From an uncultured Candidatus Peribacteria bacterium (GTDB taxonomy: Bacteria > Patescibacteriota > Gracilibacteria > UBA1369 > 2-02-FULL-48-14): 41,214 nucleotides of DNA. Of the stretch, positions 16,815-24,815 are shown in pieces. The translations under genes were made by a program, and so were the position numbers. Numbering within the stretch: position 1 is the first letter of the stretch; every line of letters begins with the position of its first letter. The notes under the pieces are model-generated. The model was not told where the DNA came from and ran no database searches. It was given only the letters and a program-made list of their open reading frames with translations. The stretch is from NCBI GenBank assembly GCA_964356195.1, contig CAYHGP010000006.1, positions 1 to 41,214 on the forward strand, read 5' to 3'.

Positions 16815-17279
16815 CTATCTCTCTAGGGAAGCCTTCAAGGGTTCTAACATTGCCCTATAGTCGCCTGACCCAACAAACCATGGTACCTGTTCACCAGTAT
16901 TATAAGTGTCGTCTTTTGGATCTTTTGGAAGGGTATTAAGCTCTGACTGCACATAATCAAGCAATGCTTCCCTTTCAGCAGTTTGGCTGGCTTTGCGCAT
17001 TTCTTTCCCGCTTCCTGCATGTTTGACGCTATCTTGCAAAGTGTCAATCCGAGCCTTTACATAGTCTCTACGTGCAATGTAGTCCATGCCTTTCATCAAC
17101 TTAGCAAGCGTTGTCTTTTCTATTAATTTTTCTTCTTCACCCTCAACTTGTTTTACATCTCCCATCCCCACCATTTTGGCTTTCATTGGAACCTTTGATT
17201 TTGACCCTTTTGGAACCGGGGTCTTTTTAACTCCTGAAGTGTCTTGTTTTTCCTGAGTATTTTTTTTTTCTGGGGACAT
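16815..17279 (-). CDS. Hypothetical protein: Lys-rich disordered N-terminus and helical C-terminal domain
   Basis: I prefer the ATG at 17279 (MSPEKKNTQEK...), which gives 154 aa. The ORF-track start at 17366 would read through the C13 tract and the predicted promoter. Confidence 0.5.
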   Translation of the reverse strand: MSPEKKNTQEKQDTSGVKKTPVPKGSKSKVPMKAKMVGMGDVKQVEGEEEKLIEKTTLAKLMKGMDYIARRDYVKARIDTLQDSVKHAGSGKEMRKASQTAEREALLDYVQSELNTLPKDPKDDTYNTGEQVPWFVGSGDYRAMLEPLKASLER

Positions 17280-17307
17280 GTTTTTTTTTGTTAGGTGAGT
17301 TCTTGTT

Positions 17308-17339
17308 ATTATAGCATAACCCCCCCCCCCCCTCAGCAA
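17308..17339 (-). promoter_or_regulatory. Candidate sigma70-type promoter with a G13 tract inside the -35/-10 spacer
   Basis: The minus strand reads TTGCTG-A-G13-TTATGC-TATAAT. The -10 is a perfect TATAAT at 17308-17313 and the -35-like box is at 17334-17339. The spacer is 20 nt as assembled. Confidence 0.4.
17320..17332. repeat. Homopolymer: 13 consecutive C (G on the minus strand)
   Basis: Counted directly. T10 (17260-17269) and T9 (17281-17289) lie nearby. Confidence 0.9.
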
Positions 17340-17395
17340 GCCAAACCTGCTAAAAATGTAAGTCAAGCGGGTTTGTAAAAATTCAGGAATTTTTC

Positions 17396-17425
17396 AGGAC
17401 AAGGGTGCTGGGCATCGTCTATAAT
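17396..17425 (+). promoter_or_regulatory. Candidate promoter of the DinD-like gene
   Basis: AGGACA, an 18-nt spacer, then TATAAT (17420-17425), 20 nt upstream of the ATG at 17446. Confidence 0.35.
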
Positions 17426-17445
17426 GGGAACTCTTAACTTGAGTT

Positions 17446-18270
17446 ATGAACGATTCCGCAAACAATAAGCTGGTGCTATTCGAGTCAAAACAGATTCGTC
17501 GGGTCTGGCACAAGGATGAATGGTTTTATTCAGTGGTGGATATAGTTGGAGTTTTGGCTGATTCCACTAATCCTACCGACTATCTTAAAAAACTTAGGAA
17601 ACGAGACAATGAACTCGGGACCTACCTGGGGACAATTTGTCCCCAGGTAGAAATGATTACAGAAACAGGTAAAAAGAGAAAGACCTTGGCTGGTAACACG
17701 GAAGATGTTCTCCGCCTCGTTCAGTCCATCCCATCGCCCAAAGCTGAGCCTTTTAAACTCTGGCTGGCCAAAGTGGGGTATGAACGAATTGAAGAAATGG
17801 AAGATCCTGAGCGTGGTATTGATCGGGCAATGAAAACCTATCTTCAAAAGGGGTATTCTAAGGAATGGATCAACCAGAGGCTTAAAACGATTGAAGTTCG
17901 TAAGGAACTCACGGATGAATGGCAAGAACGAGGGATGAAAGAAGGCGCGGAGTACGCTATTTTGACCAATGAGATTACACAGGCTTGGTCGGGGAAAAAC
18001 GTGAAAGAGTATAAAGCCTTTAAAGATCTGAAAAAGGAAAATCTTCGGGATAATATGAGTAATTTGGAATTGGTTTTGAATATGCTCGCGGAAGCCACTA
18101 CTACGGAATTTTCCAAAAAGAAAAAGCCGGTCGGTCTTGGAGAAAATCGACAAGTGGCCAGAAAGGGTGGTGGAGTAGCCGGAGTTGCTCGAAAGGAAAT
18201 CGAAAAGACCACAGGCGAATCGCTCATAAGTTCCAAAAATGCGAAAGAATTAAGAAAGCGATTGAGTTAG
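17446..18270 (+). CDS. dinD: Bro-N domain protein, DNA-damage-inducible protein D (DinD)-like
   Basis: 274 aa. The N-terminus is Bro-N-like (LVLFESKQIRRVWHKDEWFYSVVDIVGVLADSTNP). The C-terminal half (KDLKKENLRDNMSNLELVLNMLAEATTTEF...NRQVARKGGGVAGVARKEIEKTTG) aligns by eye with my recollection of E. coli DinD, which is also 274 aa. Confidence 0.6.
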   Translation: MNDSANNKLVLFESKQIRRVWHKDEWFYSVVDIVGVLADSTNPTDYLKKLRKRDNELGTYLGTICPQVEMITETGKKRKTLAGNTEDVLRLVQSIPSPKAEPFKLWLAKVGYERIEEMEDPERGIDRAMKTYLQKGYSKEWINQRLKTIEVRKELTDEWQERGMKEGAEYAILTNEITQAWSGKNVKEYKAFKDLKKENLRDNMSNLELVLNMLAEATTTEFSKKKKPVGLGENRQVARKGGGVAGVARKEIEKTTGESLISSKNAKELRKRLS

Positions 18271-18320
18271 TGGCCGTGTTTCATCTTGAAGATCAAACCT
18301 AAACACTATAAAGTCTCAGC

Positions 18321-18611
18321 ATGAAACTCACGAAGGAACAAGTCGAGCATATTGCGCAGCTGGCCAAGCTGAAGCTCACCGAGGAAGAGGTGGAACGTTT
18401 GGCGAACCAGCTCACGGATATTTTGTCTTATATGGATGTGCTTAAGGAGCTCGACACCACGGGCGTGCCGGAAACTTCTCAGGTTACGGGACTTTCGAAT
18501 GTCACACGTAGCGATGAAGCGCGGCCGCTCTTATGCACTCCCGACGAACTTTTGGACTGCAGTCCGCTTCCGAAAGTGGATCATCAAATTCGCATTAAAC
18601 GCATAATGTAA
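18321..18611 (+). CDS. gatC: Asp-tRNA(Asn)/Glu-tRNA(Gln) amidotransferase subunit C
   Basis: 96 aa. LTKEQVEHIAQLAKLKLTEEEVERLANQLTDILSYMDVLKELDTTGV is the canonical GatC pattern. Confidence 0.9.
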   Translation: MKLTKEQVEHIAQLAKLKLTEEEVERLANQLTDILSYMDVLKELDTTGVPETSQVTGLSNVTRSDEARPLLCTPDELLDCSPLPKVDHQIRIKRIM

Positions 18612-18615
18612 CAGG

Positions 18616-18659
18616 CGAACCCGAAGGGTTTGCTAAGCAATAACGTGGCGTAAGCCACA
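18616..18659 (+). other. Two small hairpins in the gatC-gatA spacer
   Basis: GCGAACCC-GAA-GGGUUUGC (18616-18634, one G-U pair) and GUGGC-GUAA-GCCAC (18646-18659, a GNRA-type loop). Confidence 0.3.
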
Positions 18660-18670
18660 ACATATCTAAA

Positions 18671-20131
18671 ATGGATTTAAACTGGCTCTCTATCGCCGAA
18701 GCGCACCGAGGTCTGCAGGAAAAGAAATTTTCTGCGGAAGATTTGTTGGATGCGTGTTTGGCTCAGGTCAAGAAAGGCGAGTATTTGAATAATTTTGTAA
18801 CCTTGGTGGAAGATCAGGCGCGGGCTCGTGCTAAGGAAGTGGATGCTAAAATTGCGCGCGGCGAGAAAATCGGCGTTTTGGAAGGGATTCCGGCCGGGAT
18901 TAAAGATCTTTTTAACACCCGAGGAGTTCGCACCACGTGTTCTTCTAAAATGTTGGAAAATTTTGTGCCGCCTTACGAGTCCACGGCCACGCGACTTTTG
19001 AAAGAGGCGGGCTACGTGCTGTTTGGAAAAATGAATTTGGACGAGTTCGCGTGTGGAGCGTCTACGGAAAATTCCTATTTTGGTCCGAGTTTGAATCCTT
19101 GGAATAAAGAGTATGTGGCGGGAGGTTCTTCCGGTGGTAGCGCTTCGGCGGTGGCTGCGGGCATGAGCTTTTTCTCCCTTGGAACGGATACCGGAGGTTC
19201 CATTCGTCAGCCCGCTTCGCTGTGCGGTTGCGTGGGGCTCAAGGTGACTTACGGACGTGTGAGTCGTTTTGGGGTGACGGCCATGGCTTCGAGTTGGGAC
19301 ACCGTTGGGCCCTTTGCGCGAACGGTTGAAGATGTTGCGTTGCTGATGAATACCATTGCGGGTCCCGACGTTTATGATTCCACTACGCCGCAAGTTGCCG
19401 TTCCTGATTACACGGCGGACCTTGGCAAAGGGGTGAAAGGACTTCGAATCGGAGTGCCTAAGGAATATTTTGGAGAAGGGGTGGATGAAGAAGTGCGCGA
19501 AATTGTGATGGCGGCGGTAAAAAAATATGAAGAGTTGGGTGCCGTGGTGAAGGAGGTGAGTTTGCCCATGACCAAGTACGGTGTGGCGGTTTACTACGTC
19601 ACTATGCCCACTGAACTTTCCACGAACTTGGCGCGTTTCGACGGCTTGCGTTTCGGTCATCATGCGGAAGGCAGCGAAGACTTGGTCGAATCTTATAAGG
19701 CCAGTCGCGGAGAAGGTTTTGGTGCCGAAATCAAACGCCGCATTATGGTGGGAACTTTTGTGTCTTCCGCCGGTTATGCCGATGCTTACTACAAGCAGGC
19801 TCAGCGTGCCCGAACTTTGATTATTAAGGATTTTACGGCCGCGTTCGAGGAGGTGGATGTTTTGATGGCGCCTGTTTCACCTACGGCCGCATTTAAGGTC
19901 GGCGAGAAAGCCAGCAATCCTTTAGCCATGTACTTGGCAGATGCTTTGGCCATTCCTCCGTCGGCTGCGGGAGTTCCCGCCATTTCTCTTCCTTGCGGAT
20001 TTACTAAGGGCGGTTTGCCGGTTGGTCTTCAGATTATTGGTCCGATGTGGAGCGAGAGTTTGATTTTACAGACTGCGGCGGCGTTTGAGAAGGTGAGTGG
20101 GATCGGGGAGAAGAGGCCGGTTATTGGGTGA
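18671..20131 (+). CDS. gatA: Asp-tRNA(Asn)/Glu-tRNA(Gln) amidotransferase subunit A
   Basis: 486 aa. It has the amidase signature GGSSGGSASAVAAG...GTDTGGSIRQPAS, and a typical GatA N-terminus and length. Confidence 0.95.
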   Translation: MDLNWLSIAEAHRGLQEKKFSAEDLLDACLAQVKKGEYLNNFVTLVEDQARARAKEVDAKIARGEKIGVLEGIPAGIKDLFNTRGVRTTCSSKMLENFVPPYESTATRLLKEAGYVLFGKMNLDEFACGASTENSYFGPSLNPWNKEYVAGGSSGGSASAVAAGMSFFSLGTDTGGSIRQPASLCGCVGLKVTYGRVSRFGVTAMASSWDTVGPFARTVEDVALLMNTIAGPDVYDSTTPQVAVPDYTADLGKGVKGLRIGVPKEYFGEGVDEEVREIVMAAVKKYEELGAVVKEVSLPMTKYGVAVYYVTMPTELSTNLARFDGLRFGHHAEGSEDLVESYKASRGEGFGAEIKRRIMVGTFVSSAGYADAYYKQAQRARTLIIKDFTAAFEEVDVLMAPVSPTAAFKVGEKASNPLAMYLADALAIPPSAAGVPAISLPCGFTKGGLPVGLQIIGPMWSESLILQTAAAFEKVSGIGEKRPVIG

Positions 20132-20133
20132 TT

Positions 20134-20766
20134 ATGAAGCTATACCTGTCTTCCTACAAACTGGGTGAAAAAACTGAGACACTGAAACAGTGGCTGGCTT
20201 CGAGTAAAAAGCGGGTGGGATATATTCCGAATGCTCTTGATTTCATTGGAATGCCTTCGGAGAACCGGACGAAGCATATGGATTTTGACATGAATGAACT
20301 CAAGGTTTTGGGCTTTGCAGTGGAGGTGCTGGACTTGCGGGATTACTTTGGAAAGAAAGATGCTCTTCGAGAAAAGCTGGCTCAGCTCGATATGGTTTGG
20401 GTGAGTGGTGGTAACACTTTTGTTTTGCGTCAAGCAATGAAACTTTCCGGTTTTGATGAACTTGTAGGCGAATTGGCTGAATTGGAGGATTTTATTTATG
20501 GTGGGTACAGCGCTGGTTGTTGTGTGCTTTCTCCAAACTTGAAGGGCTTGCAAATTGTTGATGATCCAAACAATTTTCCTTACTCTCTTAAAGAACCGAT
20601 TTGGAATGGCTTAGGCGTTCTCGAGTATTTGTTCCTTCCTCACTATGATTCCGATCATCCTGAATCGGAAGCCATTGATAAAGAGGTGATTTACTGTACC
20701 GACCATAAAATTCCTTATCGAACGGTGAGGGATGGGGAGGTGGTGATGGAGGATTTTGCAGGTTAG
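20134..20766 (+). CDS. Peptidase S51 (dipeptidase E-like) family protein
   Basis: KLYLSSY...VGYIPNA...VWVSGGNTFVLRQAMKLSGFDELV...YGGYSAGCCVLSPNL fits the S51 nucleophile-elbow pattern. The ATG is at 20134. A GTG at 20128 overlaps the gatA stop. Confidence 0.7.
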   Translation: MKLYLSSYKLGEKTETLKQWLASSKKRVGYIPNALDFIGMPSENRTKHMDFDMNELKVLGFAVEVLDLRDYFGKKDALREKLAQLDMVWVSGGNTFVLRQAMKLSGFDELVGELAELEDFIYGGYSAGCCVLSPNLKGLQIVDDPNNFPYSLKEPIWNGLGVLEYLFLPHYDSDHPESEAIDKEVIYCTDHKIPYRTVRDGEVVMEDFAG

Positions 20767-20812
20767 GATCGCGCTTTATGTTATGTCATCCAATGCTGGC
20801 AACAGTGAATTA

Positions 20813-20840
20813 TTGACGGTCGGTTTTTGGCGAGTATATT
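20813..20840 (+). promoter_or_regulatory. Candidate promoter for the 20867 gene
   Basis: TTGACG, a 16-nt spacer, then TATATT, ending 26 nt upstream of the ATG. Confidence 0.4.
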
Positions 20841-20866
20841 TGGAAGTCCTTTGAACTTTTCACGCC

Positions 20867-21052
20867 ATGAAAGAAATGAACTCAAAAATGTTACTCGATC
20901 TGTCCAAAAAATTGGATGAAGTTGGTAAGTTGCTCAGAACGTACTTTGATGAAAAAACGAAGAAAGAGGAAGAAAAACTTTTGAAGAAATTTACTCATGA
21001 GCAGAGAATGGCTTATCTTGATGGGAAGATGGCTGTCCGTCGTACCTATTAG
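20867..21052 (+). CDS. Small helical hypothetical protein (61 aa)
   Basis: The ORF is K/E-rich and helical and has a plausible upstream promoter. No homology recognised. Confidence 0.4.
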   Translation: MKEMNSKMLLDLSKKLDEVGKLLRTYFDEKTKKEEEKLLKKFTHEQRMAYLDGKMAVRRTY

Positions 21053-21075
21053 TTTTACTTCTAAAAAATCAAATT

Positions 21076-21456
21076 ATGATTCCTGACACACAAGCAAAAG
21101 AAATTCTTAAAACCATGAAGCAAGGGTTTAAAAAAATTGATGAGCGATTTGACCAAGTTGATCAGAGACTCGAGAAAGTTGATGCGAGACTTGCAGTAAT
21201 TGATGAAAGACTCGATAAACTCGAGATGGGTATTGCTCAGCATGACCACACGCTCAAAACTTTAGTGACGCGAGAAGAATTTGATCGTTTTAGAAAAGAA
21301 GACATTCTTTTTAAACACAAGGCGACCAAGAAATTAGAGGATATTGAAGAAGCCGTGAAAGATTCGACTCGGTTCGATAGAAGGCTCGATCGTAAGGTTA
21401 ATAAGCATGAGGATGCGCTTAAAAAGCATCATCTCCTCGAACCCGTCCTCGCCTAA
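21076..21456 (+). CDS. Coiled-coil hypothetical protein (126 aa) with four heptad repeats of the form [IV]DxR[LF]xx
   Basis: The repeats read IDERFDQ-VDQRLEK-VDARLAV-IDERLDK. The rest is helical and charged. Confidence 0.5.
   Translation: MIPDTQAKEILKTMKQGFKKIDERFDQVDQRLEKVDARLAVIDERLDKLEMGIAQHDHTLKTLVTREEFDRFRKEDILFKHKATKKLEDIEEAVKDSTRFDRRLDRKVNKHEDALKKHHLLEPVLA
21136..21219 (+). repeat. Four tandem 21-nt in-frame repeats (degenerate) encoding the heptads
   Basis: attgatgagcgatttgaccaa / gttgatcagagactcgagaaa / gttgatgcgagacttgcagta / attgatgaaagactcgataaa. Confidence 0.8.
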
Positions 21457-21471
21457 TCCTCCTCCGTTTTT

Positions 21472-22239
21472 TTACTCTTCCTCACTTCGTTCGGATTGTC
21501 CCCCCGCAAACTCCCAGGCCATCATGAAGATGGCGCGTTGAGTGTTGGCGATTTCGGGGCTTTCGATGATCATGCCCACCACTTCGTTTTTGCCGAAGGA
21601 GACGATGGAAACTTTGTCGTCGTAGATGTTGATTTCGTTGGCGAAGGCGAAGGAGCCCACTTTTACGAGACGGATATCGCGGTGCTTTCGTTCATTGTCG
21701 GCGGCAATTTTTTGGCCGAGTTCGTCGAATGGGGCAATTCCGCGGAGGTAGATGCGGCGCTTCACGCGCTGGTTCACGTACTCTTCGTCGTAGTCGGGCC
21801 AGAATTCACGGATGGATTTGGAGTCGGCGTAGTTGAAGATTTCGGTTTTTGCCGTGAGCGTGTCTGCGTAGACTTTTTTCACACCGTCGATTCCTTCGTA
21901 ATAACGGATGCGCGGAACATAGGTGCTGCCGTGAAGGCGGCGGAGGTCGGGGAGGGCTTCTTTGAAGTCGAGGTATTTTTGGCGGACGTCTTGGCGGAGG
22001 ATGTCGGGCTCGGTGGCCACAAAATATTTCACACGTTTCTGGGTGTAAGTGCTGAGAAAGCCGCGTTTGATGAGTTTCTCCAGGATGTCGTAAGTGCTGA
22101 CGCGGTTGAGTTTGGCGCGCAGGGCAATGTCGGAGGCGGGTGATGGGCCGAGTTCCAATGAGGCGAGGTAGACTTTTGATTCTTTTGCGCTGAGCCCAAT
22201 GTTGCTTAGAACATTTTGGAGGTTCATTGTAAATGCCAT
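21472..22239 (-). CDS. TrmB-like transcriptional regulator (wHTH plus C-terminal sensor-like domain)
   Basis: [53 protein letters not shown] is the typical TrmB N-terminal wHTH. 255 aa. Confidence 0.75.
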   Translation of the reverse strand: MAFTMNLQNVLSNIGLSAKESKVYLASLELGPSPASDIALRAKLNRVSTYDILEKLIKRGFLSTYTQKRVKYFVATEPDILRQDVRQKYLDFKEALPDLRRLHGSTYVPRIRYYEGIDGVKKVYADTLTAKTEIFNYADSKSIREFWPDYDEEYVNQRVKRRIYLRGIAPFDELGQKIAADNERKHRDIRLVKVGSFAFANEINIYDDKVSIVSFGKNEVVGMIIESPEIANTQRAIFMMAWEFAGGQSERSEEE

Positions 22240-22417
22240 TTATGTTGTAGAAAATTCCGACAGGCCCGTGAATTTCCAGCATATTCGTTTTGAAAACTCA
22301 GGTCAAGAATTTGTGTTAACGTTTAGCAACAGCCAAAATCAGGCTCAAAATTCCGGCTTGAAAGGGAGGCGGGTTTTCCGTTATCTAAAGGACGTTCACC
22401 CTTAACCCCCTCCACGC

Positions 22418-23851
22418 ATGGACACGTTTGCAGCTCTGGAAACCATGACCGCTCAAAATTCTCTTCGTGCTATTCCTCGCGAACATATGTACGCCAAGTA
22501 TCCTCGCACCAATGTCACTAAAAAAATGATTTTGGACATGGCTCAGGAACACGGCGTTCAATTCGTTGATTTCCAATTCACCGATATCAATGGGGTCCTC
22601 AAGGCCATCACGCTGCCTGTTCACAAGCTTGAAGACGCCATCGACAACGACATGTGGTTCGACGGGTCTTCTATTGATGGATTCACGACGATCACCGAGT
22701 CCGACATGATTTTGCGTCCCGACCTCAATACCTTTGCGATTTTGCCTTGGACGCTTGAGGGCGAAGACGTTACCGCTCGACTTATTTGTAACGTGATGCT
22801 CCCGGATGGAACTCCTTTTATGGGAGATCCTCGCAATATTTTAATTCGCCAACTTGAGGAGGCAAAAAAATTGGGACTCACGTTCAATGTGGGACCCGAG
22901 CTTGAATTTTTCCTCTTCCAGGCGGATGAAAATGGAAATCCTACCCTCGTCCCTCACGACAAGGCCGGTTATTTTGATCAGACTACGGACGATGCGCTGC
23001 AAATTCGCCGGCACATGGCTTTTGCCCTCGATATGATGGGCATTGAAGTGGAACGTATGCATCACGAGGTGGCTGCCGGACAGAGTGAAATCAACTTCCG
23101 TTATGGAAACGCTCTCCACATGGCGGACAATGCCGTTTCCTTCAAACTTACGCTGAAAGCTTTGGCAAAAGATTTAGGGCTTCATGCCAGCTTTATGCCC
23201 AAGCCGATGTTTGGAGTGAACGGAAGCGGAATGCACGTACATGAATCGCTGGCTTCAATTGCTGACGGATCCAACAAGTTCTACGATAAAGACGGGACCT
23301 ACTCGCTCTCTGCCATGGCTCAAAGTTTCGTGGCCGGACAGCTTCTGCATATTCGTGCCATGAACGCTGTTTTGAATCCTATTATTAATTCCTACAAACG
23401 TCTCGTGGTGGGTTATGAGGCTCCGGTGAATGCCGCATGGGGACAACGCAATCGCAGCGCGCTCATTCGCGTGCCTCGCATCAGTCCTGCGGTTTTGGAA
23501 AAGGGTTCGCGTGTAGAAATTCGCTGCCCCGATCCTGCTTGTAATCCTTACCTTGCGTTTGCCGTTTTGCTTGCCGCCGGTCTCGATGGAATCAAAAAAG
23601 GTCTCGTGGCTCCTGCTCCTGTGGAACAAAATATTTGGGAGCTCACGCCGAAGGAAATGAAGAAGATGGGAATTAAGACCGTGGCGAGCAACTTGAAAGA
23701 AGCGCTCGACGAACTTGAAAAAGATGAAGTGATTCGTGGCGCGTTGGGAGAAGAAACCTTTCAGAAATTTTATGCCGCTAAAATGGCCGAATGGGAGGCC
23801 TATCGCACTTACGTTTCTCCTTGGGAAACCGACCGTTACTTAGATTGCTAA
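22418..23851 (+). CDS. glnA: Glutamine synthetase, type I
   Basis: Motifs FDGSSIDGF, GPELEFFLF, HHEVAAGQSEINFRY, MPKPMFGVNGSGMHVH and NRSALIRVP are present. The start is uncertain: in-frame ATGs occur 9 and 23 codons downstream and there is no SD at 22418. Confidence 0.9.
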   Translation: MDTFAALETMTAQNSLRAIPREHMYAKYPRTNVTKKMILDMAQEHGVQFVDFQFTDINGVLKAITLPVHKLEDAIDNDMWFDGSSIDGFTTITESDMILRPDLNTFAILPWTLEGEDVTARLICNVMLPDGTPFMGDPRNILIRQLEEAKKLGLTFNVGPELEFFLFQADENGNPTLVPHDKAGYFDQTTDDALQIRRHMAFALDMMGIEVERMHHEVAAGQSEINFRYGNALHMADNAVSFKLTLKALAKDLGLHASFMPKPMFGVNGSGMHVHESLASIADGSNKFYDKDGTYSLSAMAQSFVAGQLLHIRAMNAVLNPIINSYKRLVVGYEAPVNAAWGQRNRSALIRVPRISPAVLEKGSRVEIRCPDPACNPYLAFAVLLAAGLDGIKKGLVAPAPVEQNIWELTPKEMKKMGIKTVASNLKEALDELEKDEVIRGALGEETFQKFYAAKMAEWEAYRTYVSPWETDRYLDC

Positions 23852-24811
23852 GAGGACACGTTCCAGGGCCAAATAATACGGGTCTTCTTCCCTTGGTTTC
23901 AGGGGGAGGAGGCCCGTTTTGAGTCGTCGGTCGATATCAAGGAATTTCTCCAAAGCCGTTTTCATTTCACCGGCCGTGAAGTTTTTCGCAAAGCGCAAAG
24001 TGTTTTGAACTACAAAAGGGTGAACGCCCATTTTTTTTGCGATCATTGTGGGAGGCAAATTTTCCTCGGCCAGCGCGCGCATTTCGAGCATGAGGCGGAA
24101 CTGACGCACAATCATTGAGAAAATATATGGAGCTTCTTCGCCTTGGTCTTGAAGTTGGCGAATTGTTTTGAGTACGCCCGGGAAGTCTTTGCGGGCGAGC
24201 TGGTCCGTCATCGTGAAAATGGATTTCTGAACGTTGTGAGTCACGACTTCATCAATCATTTCCGCCGTGATGTTTTTGCCTTGCGCGAAGAGGCTGAGTT
24301 TTTGGATTTCGCTTTCCAGGTTGAAGAGATCATCTCCGAGAAGGCTGGTCAAATAGCTGGCGGCATCGGTGGACATGAGGGCGCCTTGGCCTTGGGTGCG
24401 GCGTTGAATCCACGTGTTGAGCAAGGCTCCTTTGGGTTTGAGGAAGAGGCGATTGGTCGCTAGGGAAGACAATTTTTTAAAAATGCTGGTGCGTTTGTCC
24501 GGGTCTTTTAATTCCGTCATCACCAGGATGGTGGTTTCCGAAAGTTTTTCGAGAGCGGGGAGCAGCAAGTTGGCTTCTTCCGCCTTTCGTCCGCTGAGGA
24601 AATTTTTAAGGATAACGAGCCGTTTTTCAGAGAGAAATGGGGCCGTGGATATTGAACCAATAATTTGTTCAATATCACAGCTTTCTCCATCCAGTTCTTC
24701 CAAATCGGTATCGCCGTGTTTTTCCACAAAAGCTTCTTTCCAACGTTTCACCTCTTGGAGAAGGGAAAAGCTGTCTTCACCGGACATGAGGAAGAGATTG
24801 GGCTTGTTCAT
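23840..24811 (-). CDS. holA: DNA polymerase III subunit delta
   Basis: 323 aa. The pattern is LFLMSGEDSFSLLQEVKRWKEAF...PFLSEKRLVILKN...LLGDDLFNLESEIQKLSLF. Its 3' end overlaps the glnA 3' end by 12 nt. Confidence 0.8.
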   Translation of the reverse strand: MNKPNLFLMSGEDSFSLLQEVKRWKEAFVEKHGDTDLEELDGESCDIEQIIGSISTAPFLSEKRLVILKNFLSGRKAEEANLLLPALEKLSETTILVMTELKDPDKRTSIFKKLSSLATNRLFLKPKGALLNTWIQRRTQGQGALMSTDAASYLTSLLGDDLFNLESEIQKLSLFAQGKNITAEMIDEVVTHNVQKSIFTMTDQLARKDFPGVLKTIRQLQDQGEEAPYIFSMIVRQFRLMLEMRALAEENLPPTMIAKKMGVHPFVVQNTLRFAKNFTAGEMKTALEKFLDIDRRLKTGLLPLKPREEDPYYLALERVLLAI

Positions 24812-24815
24812 GCCC

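Noticed and set aside
18677-19663. 328-aa minus-strand ORF inside gatA
   Set aside because: It is antisense to a gene with an unambiguous amidase signature. The translation is R/H/S/T-rich and not protein-like.
22340-22417. Glutamine (glnA-motif) riboswitch or SD-sequestering leader upstream of glnA
   Set aside because: CGUUCACCC resembles the 5' part of the glnA RNA motif, but the GGAAGUAGG and closing GGAACG elements are absent. The GGAGG/CCUCC complementarity (22365-22369 with 22409-22413) is only 5 bp. This is not enough evidence.
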